Shown here: one piece after another, positions 19,173 through 28,534 of the stretch
Layout of the letters: the number at the start of each line of letters is the position of its first letter
How positions within the stretch are numbered: the first letter of the stretch is position 1
From: an uncultured Gemmatimonadales bacterium
Lineage (GTDB): Bacteria > Gemmatimonadota > Gemmatimonadetes > Longimicrobiales > RSA9
Assembly (NCBI GenBank): GCA_963786235.1
Contig: CAWAYJ010000028.1
Location: forward strand, 153,827-217,826
Length of the DNA: 64,000 nt
Reading direction: 5' to 3'
Notes under the pieces: generated by a model
Told to the model about the DNA's origin: nothing
The model's input: the letters and a program-made list of their open reading frames with translations, nothing else
The model's database searches: none
Translations under genes and position numbers: made by a program

Positions 19173-19784
19173 TCAACTTCCCGTCTCCCCGGAGATCGCG
19201 GCGGTCCGGCGTGCGTGCGGCTCTCCATGACACATGAAGCAGGTGACGACGTCCGCCATGATGCTGTCCTGCAGGGCGACGTGCAACGGGATCGAGTCCG
19301 CGAACATCGGCTCTTCGGGATGGCACGCCAGGCAATTCGCGTTCGGATACCGGCCATGGTACTCGATCGGCTCCGTCCACGAGTGCGTGATGTACTGCCA
19401 CCAGTGGTGCAGACCGTCGCGCTTCGCGGTGAACGAGCCCGACAGGCCGTATCCGGTGTGGCACGCGTAGCAGGCATCGGCCGGCATCGAGTCGGCCCGG
19501 AAATGACGCGCCGCCAGCGTCACGCTCGCGGTGTCGAGCAGGTCGGAAACGAAATGATCCATCACGTGGCAGGAGCCGCACGCCGCGACTTCCTTCATGT
19601 CCGCGACCATCCGGGTCGACGCCACGGTCAGCGCGAACAGCGGCGCCACCACCAGGCCGAGGACCAGCAGGGCCGGTGACGGCCGGCCGCGCTCCGGTCT
19701 CCACAGCAGACGGGCGATCACGAACAGGAACCAGCCGGCGAGCGCCAGGACCGCGCCGGCGATGACCGCCGCCGGAGTCAGCAC
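19173..19784 (-). CDS. NapC/NirT/NrfH-family membrane-anchored tetraheme cytochrome c
   Basis: N-terminal TM helix, four CxxCH motifs (CGSCH, CYACH, CLACH, CFMCH) and about 200 aa. This is the typical architecture of NrfH/NapC quinol dehydrogenases. Confidence 0.7.
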   Translation of the reverse strand: MLTPAAVIAGAVLALAGWFLFVIARLLWRPERGRPSPALLVLGLVVAPLFALTVASTRMVADMKEVAACGSCHVMDHFVSDLLDTASVTLAARHFRADSMPADACYACHTGYGLSGSFTAKRDGLHHWWQYITHSWTEPIEYHGRYPNANCLACHPEEPMFADSIPLHVALQDSIMADVVTCFMCHGEPHARRTAAISGETGS

Positions 19785-19788
19785 GGCT

Positions 19789-20415
19789 TCACCGCCGTTC
19801 GAACGGCGATTCGCCGCGCTCGATCATCGCCATGCTCTCCTCCTCGCGAGTGAGCAATTCGTGGCTGAGTCGCAGCACCTCTTCCACTCGCCCGCGCGGA
19901 ATCACGACCACTCCGTCATCGTCGCCCAGGATCAGGTCGCCAGGCTCCACCGCGAGACCGCCACAGCGGATCCCGACGTTCACCCGGTCCGCGCCCGGCC
20001 TGGCCGGGCCCGCCGGCGTGATGCCACGGCAAAACACCGGAAAGCGCAGCGCACGCTGCTCCGCCGAATCGCGGACCGATCCGTCGATCACCGCGCCTTC
20101 CGCGCCCCGCCGCCGCGCCAGCCCGCACACGAGTCCGCCCCACACCGCCGAGTCCACGTGGCCGTGGCCATCGACGACCACCACGTCGCCCGGCGTCACG
20201 TGATCGAGAGCCCGTACGACGCCCGCGTTCGAGCCCACCGTGACCTCCACCGTGACCGCCGGACCGCACAGTCGCGCGCCTTCGAACAACGGGCGCAGCG
20301 CCGATGACATCGCGCCCGTCCGACCCATCGCGTCGCTCGCGACCGCCGTCGGTACGGAACGCAGCGCATCGATCAGCGCGCCATCGATCGCTCCTCGATC
20401 CGCCTCGTCCGCCAT
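19789..20415 (-). CDS. RraA-family protein (RNase E regulator / 4-hydroxy-4-methyl-2-oxoglutarate aldolase-like)
   Basis: RraA-like blocks (GDVVVVDGHGHVDSAVWGGLV, GAVIDGSVRD). Its stop lies 4 nt from the cytochrome start. Confidence 0.8.
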   Translation of the reverse strand: MADEADRGAIDGALIDALRSVPTAVASDAMGRTGAMSSALRPLFEGARLCGPAVTVEVTVGSNAGVVRALDHVTPGDVVVVDGHGHVDSAVWGGLVCGLARRRGAEGAVIDGSVRDSAEQRALRFPVFCRGITPAGPARPGADRVNVGIRCGGLAVEPGDLILGDDDGVVVIPRGRVEEVLRLSHELLTREEESMAMIERGESPFERR

Positions 20416-20688
20416 CGATCCCGCCTTTCCTGCATGTGGTTCGCGCGTCCGGGGCATCTTCCGTTCCGCGCGGCCGGTCCGTCAAGTGCGCGCGCGGAGT
20501 GCCGGTGTGGGGAAGGTCCGCCGATGGTGTAGGGCATGGACCGCTTGAATCCGGGAAATGCGCACGGCCAGGCGAATAGCGGGAACCCGTACCGGTCGGC
20601 GTGGCTCCGACTGTCGGGGCCTGAGACCAACCGGGTTCGTTTGCGGGCGGGCGGTGGTCCCACGGTGGGTGGCGAGGCGAGGGATAAT

Positions 20689-21753
20689 ATGTGCGATTCG
20701 AGGCGTGTCGGCGTCGTCGCGGCGGCGCTTACGCTGATGGTGTCTTCGTCGTTATGGGCGCAGGAACGTGCGCCCGCCGGGCGTTCGCGTGCGCCCGCCG
20801 ATTCGCAGAGCGGTTGGCGCGTCGTAACGTCTCCAGCGCTGGATCTGTGGTTCCACGGTCTGGCGATCACCGGATTCACGGGTTTCGGCGCATCCCCGTT
20901 GTACGATCCCGGGTACGTCATCCGGACTCGGGATGCGAAGCGTGCGGCCGGAATCGAGGCCACCGGGCTCGATGGCGGCGCTGCCGCGTTCCGGTCCGCG
21001 TTCGAGCGCGACAGCGCGTTCGAGGTTCTCCACTTCATTCCCCTCGTCGTCCCGATCCGGGATCCGTCAGCGCTGTTGCGCGTGATGCGTGCGGTAGCTG
21101 CGGGCGACCCGGCGGCGGCCTCCGCCGACGCCGGCATCCGGCGTATCGTCGGGGCGCTGATGACGACGCTGCCGCTGGCTTCGGAGCGAAGCGTGCTGGG
21201 CGGCTTCGTCGACGCACTCGAGGACGAGTGGCGGCAGTGGCTTCGCGCCCGGATGGAGCAGGTTGCGGCGGAGCGGGAGTTGAACGCAGCCCGGACGGAG
21301 GCGCTGTGGCGCGGGCAGGTGGAGCCGCGCCTCGAGGGCTGGCTGCGTGCGGGCGCGCTCGAGCGCGGCACGATCGTGCTCACACCGGTGCTGGGGACCG
21401 AGGGCCGGTTCGTGGAAGGGGATCCGGGCAATCCGGATGACAACATCGTCGCGGTTCGCGATGGGGAGCCGGAGGACGTGGTCGTCGCCGTGCTCCGCGA
21501 GTTGTGCTATCCCACCGTTCGCGCCGCCATGGCGGAGTCGGGTGTGCAGTTCACCGACCGGGTCGAGGCGACGCGCATCAGTGACCGGGCCGCGACGGTA
21601 TGCGGCGCGGTACTCGCCGGTCGCGTGTCCGATGCTCTGGCCGCGCGGTTCCAGGCGCGTTTTGCCGCCGCGACTCCGGATCGCGGCGGAGTCACCCTGC
21701 CGTCCGCGATCGAGGCGGCGCTGAAGCAAGAACTCGAGAGGAGGAAGGGATGA
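20689..21753 (+). CDS. Hypothetical secreted protein
   Basis: ATG start with signal peptide MCDSRRVGVVAAALTLMVSSSLWAQE. No recognisable domain. Its stop overlaps the start of the downstream FadL-like gene. Confidence 0.5.
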   Translation: MCDSRRVGVVAAALTLMVSSSLWAQERAPAGRSRAPADSQSGWRVVTSPALDLWFHGLAITGFTGFGASPLYDPGYVIRTRDAKRAAGIEATGLDGGAAAFRSAFERDSAFEVLHFIPLVVPIRDPSALLRVMRAVAAGDPAAASADAGIRRIVGALMTTLPLASERSVLGGFVDALEDEWRQWLRARMEQVAAERELNAARTEALWRGQVEPRLEGWLRAGALERGTIVLTPVLGTEGRFVEGDPGNPDDNIVAVRDGEPEDVVVAVLRELCYPTVRAAMAESGVQFTDRVEATRISDRAATVCGAVLAGRVSDALAARFQARFAAATPDRGGVTLPSAIEAALKQELERRKG

Positions 21754-23042
21754 GAAGGGGTATCGGGTCGGCCATGCTGGCCGCGGCGTTGCTCGCGGTC
21801 GCGGCACGCCCGGTTTTTGCTACGGACGGACATTTCCTGCACGGCGTCGGTGCCATCAATTCGGCGATGGGCGGCGCGGGTGTCGCGATGAAGGGCGACA
21901 TCATCGGCAGTTTCTACCTCAACCCGGCCGGGCTGGCGGGCATGGAGCATTCGCGCGTCACGCTCGGCTTCGAGATGTTCAAGCCGGGCCGCACGGTGAC
22001 GGGGACATACGGCACGTTCTCGGGCACGACCACTAGCAAGAGCGATCTCGTTCCCGTGCCCTCGTTCGGCTGGGCGATGCCCGTGACGGACAAGGTCGCG
22101 ATCGGGCTGGGCGCGATCGGCGTCGGCGGCTTCGGCGTCGATTATCCGGCGGACACACGGAACCCGGTTCTGGCGCCGCGCCCCAACGGGTTCGGCCAGG
22201 TCTACAGTAACTTCGGGCTGCTCAAGATCGTGCCTGCACTGGGCTGGCAGGCGACGGACCGGCTCTCGATCGGCGTCGCGGTGAACGTGGACTACGCCAC
22301 GCTCGAGGTCGATCCCATGCCGACCGCGTCGCCGGCGGCGGGCGCGAACGGCGCGTTCTACTCGAGCGCGACCGCGACGGATGGCGGGTTCGGGCTCGGC
22401 TTCCAGGCCGGCTTCATCTACGACGTTACCGGCACGTTCTCGATCGGTGGATCGTACGCGAGCGTCCAGAAGTTCCAGGACTTCGAGTTCAACGCCGTCT
22501 ACGCCAACCCGACGCTGTCGAACTTCGGCACGCCACGCACCATCACATTCGCGATGGACGTGCCGCAGATGATCACGGGCGGCATCGCCTTCCGTCCGAC
22601 CCCGGCCGTCAGCTTCGCGGCCGACGTGCGTTACCTGACGTACTCGTCCACGGCCGGCTTCGATCAGCAGGGCTTCGACAGCACGGGCGCCGTGCTCGGT
22701 TTCGGCTGGGATGACATCATGGTGTTCGCCGGCGGGCTCGAGCTCCAGCCGGTGGACGGCTTCTTCCTGCGCGGCGGCTACAACTACTCGCAGAACCCCG
22801 TCCCCGACGCGCTCAGCTTCTTCAACGTGCCCGCGCCCGCGATCGTGCAGAACCACGCGACGTTCGGGCTCGGTTTCTCCCCGCTCGAGGGGTTCCAGCT
22901 CGATCTCGGCTACTACCATGCCTTCGAGAACTCGATCGACGGCCCGATCTGGGGCCCGCAGGGTCCGGCCCCGGGCAGCTCGGTGAAGAGCGCTCTGAAG
23001 GAGGACTCCTTCCTCGTCCAGTTCTCGTTCACGGGCCGCTGA
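21750..23042 (+). CDS. Outer-membrane transport protein, OMPP1/FadL/TodX family
   Basis: Signal peptide. The N-terminal block HGVGAINSAMGGAGVAMKGDIIGSFYLNPAGLAG is typical of FadL. Gly/aromatic-rich beta-barrel pattern over about 430 aa. Confidence 0.7.
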   Translation: MRRGIGSAMLAAALLAVAARPVFATDGHFLHGVGAINSAMGGAGVAMKGDIIGSFYLNPAGLAGMEHSRVTLGFEMFKPGRTVTGTYGTFSGTTTSKSDLVPVPSFGWAMPVTDKVAIGLGAIGVGGFGVDYPADTRNPVLAPRPNGFGQVYSNFGLLKIVPALGWQATDRLSIGVAVNVDYATLEVDPMPTASPAAGANGAFYSSATATDGGFGLGFQAGFIYDVTGTFSIGGSYASVQKFQDFEFNAVYANPTLSNFGTPRTITFAMDVPQMITGGIAFRPTPAVSFAADVRYLTYSSTAGFDQQGFDSTGAVLGFGWDDIMVFAGGLELQPVDGFFLRGGYNYSQNPVPDALSFFNVPAPAIVQNHATFGLGFSPLEGFQLDLGYYHAFENSIDGPIWGPQGPAPGSSVKSALKEDSFLVQFSFTGR

Positions 23043-23147
23043 GCCCCGAACGTCGTTCCCTCCGCGCCCCCGGCCGGTCGCCACCGGCCGGGGGCGTACC
23101 TTTCGCCGCTTGCCCGGTACCGCCCTCGCCGGGAGATTGGCCGTGCG

Positions 23148-23888
23148 ATGGACACCTCCGCTCAGCAACGACTCGAAGCCGCGGGCGCCGACGAGGCGAT
23201 CGTCGTGCTGGAGGGCTTCCACGCGCTCAAGCACGCACTCCGCTTCGGCGCCGACGTGCTCGAGATCCTGACCCGCGACGAGGCGCGGCTCGCCGACTTG
23301 CGCCGCTCGCTCGCGCCGGACCTCGAGCTCGCCGGCATCCCGCTTTCCCCGATTGCGGCCGAGACGCTTCGGCGGCTCGCGCCGGGTGCGTTCGCGACCG
23401 GCGTCGTCAGCCTCGCCCGCCGCCCACGGATCGACCCGCGCGCGGTGCTGGCGGCCGGCGGACGCGCGCCGGTCGTGCTGCTGGAGAACACGCGTCGCCT
23501 CGAGAACATGGGCGCGTGCATCCGCGTGGCCGCCGCCGCGGGCGCGGCCGGTGTCGTCGCCGTGGGCCGGAGCGATCCGTGGCACCGGGCCACGATCCGG
23601 GGCGCGGCGGGACTGCAGTTCGCGCTCCCGGTCGTGCGCGTCGACACGTTACCGGAAACGAGCCGGCCGATCATCGCGTTCGATGCGGACGGAGAGCTGC
23701 CGGATGGCGGAGGGCTCCCCGACGGCGCGATCTTCGCTTTCGGCACGGAGCGGGAGGGGCTGACGCCCGCCCTTCTCGCGGCGGCGGACCTGCGGGTGCG
23801 GATCCCGATGCGGGAGCGGGTCTCGAGCCTGAACATCGCGGCCGCGGTCGCGGTCGCACTCTACGGCTGGCGCGGGCTCGGGAGGTGA
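23148..23888 (+). CDS. TrmH/SpoU-family RNA 2'-O-methyltransferase
   Basis: SPOUT motifs (VVLLENTRRLENMGACIRVAAAAGAAGVVAVG; IFAFGTEREGLTPALL; SLNIAAAVAVALY). Confidence 0.75.
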   Translation: MDTSAQQRLEAAGADEAIVVLEGFHALKHALRFGADVLEILTRDEARLADLRRSLAPDLELAGIPLSPIAAETLRRLAPGAFATGVVSLARRPRIDPRAVLAAGGRAPVVLLENTRRLENMGACIRVAAAAGAAGVVAVGRSDPWHRATIRGAAGLQFALPVVRVDTLPETSRPIIAFDADGELPDGGGLPDGAIFAFGTEREGLTPALLAAADLRVRIPMRERVSSLNIAAAVAVALYGWRGLGR

Positions 23889-23990
23889 GTGCCGTCCCGG
23901 GAGGCAGGGCCAGCGCCGACGCGGACGCCGTCCGCGCCGGCGCTGGCCGGTCTGCAGTTCGGGCGCGGCGGTGCCGCGCCCGTTTCCCGT

Positions 23991-24887
23991 TCAGTCGCTG
24001 TTCCGCACCCGCTTTTCGAGGATGGCCCACCGGCCATCGATCTGGGCCTGGATCTGGGCCACGGCATCCTCTTTGAGGTGCTTGAAGCGACCCTGCATCC
24101 GCAGGTACGGCTCGACGGATCCGCCCGGATGGTCGACCGTGAACCGCCAGTGCTCGCCGTCCTCGACCTCGAGCAGCGGGAACACGCGGTTTCGCACCGC
24201 CATCCGGCCGAGCTCGATCGACAGCTCGTCGGAGTACTTCCAGCCGGGAGGGCACGGCGCCAGCACGTGGAGGAATCGCATTCCGTGGATGTCCTTCGCC
24301 TTGCGCACCTTGTCCAGCAGATCCACGGGGAAGGACGGACTCGCGGTCGCGGCCCACGGAATCCGGTGCGCCGCCATGATCGCGATGATGTCCTTCTTGC
24401 GGGTGGACTGCGGGTGCCCGGTCGGCGTGGTCGTCGTCCATGCGCCCCACGGCGTCGCCGAGGAGCGCTGGATGCCCGTGTTCATGTACGCCTCGTTGTC
24501 GTAGCAGACGTACATGATGTTCTCGTTGCGCTCGGCCGCTCCGGAGAGTGCCTGCAGCCCGATGTCGAACGTGCCGCCGTCACCCGCCCAGACCAGCACG
24601 GTCGTGTCCTTCGAGCCGCGCATGTCGAGTGCCGCGCGGACGCCGGACGCGACCGCCGCGCCGGTCTCGAATGCCGTGTGGTAGAGCGGCACGCCGAGCG
24701 AGGATTGCGGGTAGGGCCCCGCGATGATGCTCCAGCAGCAGGCGGGCAGCACCACGATGGTGTCCGGCCCGAGCTCCTTGAGCACCATTCGCATGGCGAG
24801 CGTGCCGCCGCAGCCGGGGCAGGCGAGGTGTCCGGAGACCATGAGCTCCCGCTGGGGAACCCGGTCCTTGATCATGACCTGGCTCAT
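23991..24887 (-). CDS. porB: 2-oxoacid:ferredoxin oxidoreductase beta subunit (TPP-binding)
   Basis: GHLACPGCGG plus the TPP motif GDGGTFDIG. Last gene of the gamma/delta/alpha/beta cluster. ATGA overlap with porA. Confidence 0.85.
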   Translation of the reverse strand: MSQVMIKDRVPQRELMVSGHLACPGCGGTLAMRMVLKELGPDTIVVLPACCWSIIAGPYPQSSLGVPLYHTAFETGAAVASGVRAALDMRGSKDTTVLVWAGDGGTFDIGLQALSGAAERNENIMYVCYDNEAYMNTGIQRSSATPWGAWTTTTPTGHPQSTRKKDIIAIMAAHRIPWAATASPSFPVDLLDKVRKAKDIHGMRFLHVLAPCPPGWKYSDELSIELGRMAVRNRVFPLLEVEDGEHWRFTVDHPGGSVEPYLRMQGRFKHLKEDAVAQIQAQIDGRWAILEKRVRNSD

Positions 24888-26044
24888 GCCTTCACTCCCA
24901 CCCAGATGTCCTCGCGCTCCGGCCGCTCAGCGGCGCGCGTCCGTTCGATGACCTCGTCGATCGTCTCCGGCGTTACGTCCCGGCCACCGAGCCCGAGCAC
25001 GTAGCCGAACACGACCGGGCGGTCGTCCGGGGGAACGTCGAAAAGGCCGGCCCGCAGCTCTTCGGCGAAGATTCCGCCGCGGCCCGGCGACAGGTTGCGG
25101 TCGAGTACCGCGACGCGCGGAACGCCCGCCAGCAGCGTCCGCAGCGCCTCTGTCGGGAAGGGCCGGAACATCTTGATCTTCACCAGACCGACCTTCTCAC
25201 CGTTCGCCCGCCGCTGATCCACGACGTGGCGCGCCGTCGACGTGATCGTCCCCGAAGTGACCAGCACCACGTCCGCGTCCTCGGTCCGGTACGGCTCGAG
25301 TGCGCCCCAGCGCCGGCCCGTCAGCCGTTGCCACTCCGTTTCCAGCTCGGCGTACGTGGCGAATGCGCAGCCCAGCGCTTCGTGCAGCGCGTACCGCATC
25401 TCCATGTACGCGTCAGGCCGCACCAGCGCATTGAACGCGTGCGGATCGGACGGGTCCAGCTTTACGCGCGCCTCGCGCTTCGGCAGGAACGCGTCCACCA
25501 CCGCCGGATCCGGGATGTCGACCGGCTCCGAGGTGTGGGAGAGGAAGAACGCGTCGAGCACCAGCATTACCGGGACGTCCAGCGTTTCCGCCAGCCGGAA
25601 CGCCTGGATCGTGGTGTCGAGCACTTCCTGGTTGGTCTCGCAGTAGAGCTGGATCCAGCCCGTGTCCCGCTGTGAGAGCGAGTCCGTCTGGTCCGTCCAG
25701 ATGTTCCAGCCGGGACCAAGCGCCCGGTTGATGTCCGCCATCACGATCGGATGCCGCGCGCCCGACGCCCAGTGCAGCAGCTCGTGCATCAGCGCCAGCC
25801 CCTGCGATGACGTGGCCGTGAACGTCCGCGTCCCCGCGGCACTCGCGCCGAGGCAGGCCGCCATCGCCGAGTGCTCCGACTCGACCTTGATGAAGCGGGC
25901 GTCGAGCTCGCCGCTGCCGCACATCTCCGACAGCTCCTCCACCACCTGCGTCTGCGGCGTGATCGGGTACGCGGAGATCACCTCGCAGCGCGCCAGTTTC
26001 ACGCCCCACGACACCGCGTGGTTGCCTACGATCACCTTCTTCAT
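24884..26044 (-). CDS. porA: 2-oxoacid:ferredoxin oxidoreductase alpha subunit
   Basis: MKKVIVGNHAVSWGVKLARCEVISAYPITPQT is a classic PorA N-terminus. About 386 aa. ATGA overlap with the upstream gene. Confidence 0.85.
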   Translation of the reverse strand: MKKVIVGNHAVSWGVKLARCEVISAYPITPQTQVVEELSEMCGSGELDARFIKVESEHSAMAACLGASAAGTRTFTATSSQGLALMHELLHWASGARHPIVMADINRALGPGWNIWTDQTDSLSQRDTGWIQLYCETNQEVLDTTIQAFRLAETLDVPVMLVLDAFFLSHTSEPVDIPDPAVVDAFLPKREARVKLDPSDPHAFNALVRPDAYMEMRYALHEALGCAFATYAELETEWQRLTGRRWGALEPYRTEDADVVLVTSGTITSTARHVVDQRRANGEKVGLVKIKMFRPFPTEALRTLLAGVPRVAVLDRNLSPGRGGIFAEELRAGLFDVPPDDRPVVFGYVLGLGGRDVTPETIDEVIERTRAAERPEREDIWVGVKA

Positions 26045-27876
26045 GACCCCTCCCGCTCCATCACGATCGCGCCGCGCGGGCATTCCTCCGCGCACACGCC
26101 ACAGCCCTTGCAGTATTCCAGGTCGATGTCGAAGCCGGTGCCGTCCTCCCGCCGTGAGATCGCCACGTCCGAGCAGAAGATCAGACACAGCTCGCACTGG
26201 TTGCACACGCCGCAGTTGAGGCAGCGCCGCGCCTCCTCCAGCGCCGACTCCAGCTCGAGGCCGAGATTCACTTCGCCGAACCCGGACAACGCTTCCGCCG
26301 GCAGGTGACGGTCTTCATGCCGCTGGACGTGCGCGAAGTGCTCCATGTTCATCTGGTCGGGATTCGCCACTTCATTTACCGACGATTCCCGATGCACCGG
26401 ATCGTCGCCGCGCCAGCGCGTAACGCTCACGTTGCCCTGCGGGCCGAGCGTCAGGTCCGAGCGCGCTTTCTCCTTCCACGTGCCCAGAAGGTTCGCCATC
26501 TTTTCGCCGCCCGTTCCCGCGTTCCGCCCGGATCCCGAATCGCGGACCCGGCCCCGCTCCCGGAACTTGCGGTCGATGCCGACCGCCGCGCGCTTGCCCG
26601 CGCCGAGCGCGTGGGCCACCGTCCGTTCGTCGCCCGCCGCATCACCGCCCGCGAAGATCACCGGCAGCTTCATCAGCAACGCGGCGTGCACTACGCCGCC
26701 GGCGCTCTCGGCGTCCGGGCTCGACGCCCTCCGCACCTCGCCGAAGTAGCCTTTCTCGAGACCGGACCGCCCCGTCACGCCCGCCGGCAACAGCTCCATC
26801 TCGACATCCTCGCCCGTCGCCTTCAGGACCGTGTCCGCCGGAATCGTGAACCGGCTGCCTTCGATCGGGACCGGCCGCCGCCGACCGCTCGCGTCCGGCT
26901 CGCCGAGCTCCATGCGCGTGCACTCGACCGCCTTCAGCCTGCCGTCCTCGGACAGGAACGCGACCGGTGCCGCGAGGTACACGAACTCGACACCCTCCCG
27001 CTCCGCTTCCTCGATTTCCTGCGGGATCGCCGGCATCTCGGTCCGTGTCCGGCGGTACGCGACCACGACCCGCGCGCCCAGCCGGTGCGCGGTCCGCGCG
27101 CAGTCCATCGCCGTGTTGCCGCCGCCCACCACCACCACGTTCCGCCCGATCTCCGGCCGGTGATGACGGTTCACCGTCTTCAGGAAATCGAGGCCCGCGA
27201 GAATGCCCAGCCCGTCTTCGCCCGGAAGGCCGAGCGCCTTGCTGCGGTGCGCGCCCGTCCCGATGAACAGCGCATCGAACCCGCGCAGCGCGTCCCAGCC
27301 GACCCCGTTGCCCAGCCGGACCCCCAACCGGAACTCCACACCCTCCGCCCGAATCCGCTCGATCTGCGCGTCCAGTACTGCTCGCGGCAGGCGGTACTCC
27401 GGGATGCCCTGACGCAACATGCCGCCCGGCTCCTCCGCGTCGTCGAACACCGTCACGGCATAGCCCATCCGCGCAAGGTGGTACGCGCAAGCGAGACCCG
27501 CAGGGCCGGAACCCACGACCGCAACCGTTTCCGTGTGGCGGCGCTCCGCCGGCTCGCGCGGCGCCATCGCCAGCCAGTGATCGCCCAGCGCGCGCTCCAC
27601 CGCATGGATCGCGACCGCTTCATCGAACGTGTCCCGGTTGCACGCCAGCTCGCACGGATGGTGGCACACCCGTCCCGTCACCGCCGGCATCGGGTTCTCC
27701 CGCAGCAACACGTCGATGGCTTCCTCCATCCGGTCCTGCCGCACCAGATTCATGTAGCCTTCGATGTCGATCCCCACCGGACACCGCTCGTTGCACGGCG
27801 CGATCCGGTCCCGGTACACAGGCCGGATGTACTTCCACGAGCCCGTGTGGTTGTCCAGCGTCGTCGTTTCGCTCAT
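26041..27876 (-). CDS. Fusion protein: GltD/DPD-like NAD(P)H-dependent FAD oxidoreductase (N-terminal) plus PorD-type 2x[4Fe-4S] ferredoxin (C-terminal)
   Basis: N-terminal Cys cluster (CNERCP...CHHPCELAC) and a dinucleotide fold (VAVVGSGPAGLACAYHLARMGYAVTVFD...VVVVGGGNTAMDCA). The C-terminus carries two CxxCxxCxxxCP motifs (CLNCGVCNQCELC, CKGCGVCAEECP), matching delta-subunit ferredoxins. Confidence 0.8.
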   Translation of the reverse strand: MSETTTLDNHTGSWKYIRPVYRDRIAPCNERCPVGIDIEGYMNLVRQDRMEEAIDVLLRENPMPAVTGRVCHHPCELACNRDTFDEAVAIHAVERALGDHWLAMAPREPAERRHTETVAVVGSGPAGLACAYHLARMGYAVTVFDDAEEPGGMLRQGIPEYRLPRAVLDAQIERIRAEGVEFRLGVRLGNGVGWDALRGFDALFIGTGAHRSKALGLPGEDGLGILAGLDFLKTVNRHHRPEIGRNVVVVGGGNTAMDCARTAHRLGARVVVAYRRTRTEMPAIPQEIEEAEREGVEFVYLAAPVAFLSEDGRLKAVECTRMELGEPDASGRRRPVPIEGSRFTIPADTVLKATGEDVEMELLPAGVTGRSGLEKGYFGEVRRASSPDAESAGGVVHAALLMKLPVIFAGGDAAGDERTVAHALGAGKRAAVGIDRKFRERGRVRDSGSGRNAGTGGEKMANLLGTWKEKARSDLTLGPQGNVSVTRWRGDDPVHRESSVNEVANPDQMNMEHFAHVQRHEDRHLPAEALSGFGEVNLGLELESALEEARRCLNCGVCNQCELCLIFCSDVAISRREDGTGFDIDLEYCKGCGVCAEECPRGAIVMEREGS

Positions 27877-27922
27877 CGCCACGAGCGGACGACCACGTTC
27901 GTCCCGACCGCCCCCTGCCGCG

Positions 27923-28534
27923 TCACGCATGCACCACCTCCAGGCCCGGCTCCCCATTCCCCGACGACGCACCCGGCCGCGGGCCCCGCCGCACCGCCTT
28001 CGCCGCTTCCCGCGCCGCCGCCTCGTTCTCTTCCGGCTTCACCGGCACTTCCTCGCGGATCGCGTCACACACCGCGTCCAGGCTAACCAGACCGCTGAAC
28101 GCCGCGAACGCGCCCAGGATCGACGTGTTCACAATCGGCCGCGTCCGCGATCCGATCCCGTGCGCCGCCGCAATCTTTGCCGCCTCCACCGTCGCCACCT
28201 CGAATCGCCTATACAACGATTCGTACGACTCCGGTGGCCGGTCGCTGTTGATCAGGATCCGGCCCCCTGGCTTCAGCCCCGCCGTCACATCGATCGCATC
28301 GATCAGCGTGGGGTCGAGTACGATCAGCTCGTCCGGCGCCGCGACCTCGCAACGCAGACGGATCGGCTCATCGTCCACGCGCAGGAACGCCATTACCGGC
28401 GCGCCGCGACGCTCCACTCCGAACGCCGGGAACGACTGCACCCAGCGCCCTTCACGGAACAACGCCACCGCCAGCACCTTCGACGCGATGACGGCGCCCT
28501 GCCCGCCCCGCCCGTGAATGCGCAGTTCACGCAT
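27923..28534 (-). CDS. porG: 2-oxoacid:ferredoxin oxidoreductase gamma subunit
   Basis: MRELRIHGRGGQGAVIASKVLAVALFREG is the typical PorG N-terminus. About 200 aa. First gene of the cluster. Confidence 0.8.
   Translation of the reverse strand: MRELRIHGRGGQGAVIASKVLAVALFREGRWVQSFPAFGVERRGAPVMAFLRVDDEPIRLRCEVAAPDELIVLDPTLIDAIDVTAGLKPGGRILINSDRPPESYESLYRRFEVATVEAAKIAAAHGIGSRTRPIVNTSILGAFAAFSGLVSLDAVCDAIREEVPVKPEENEAAAREAAKAVRRGPRPGASSGNGEPGLEVVHA

Noticed and set aside
21507-23585. 692-aa minus-strand ORF antisense to the FadL-like and TrmH genes
   Set aside because: Arg/Glu/Ala-rich with no domain signature. It spans two convincing plus-strand genes and an intergenic region.
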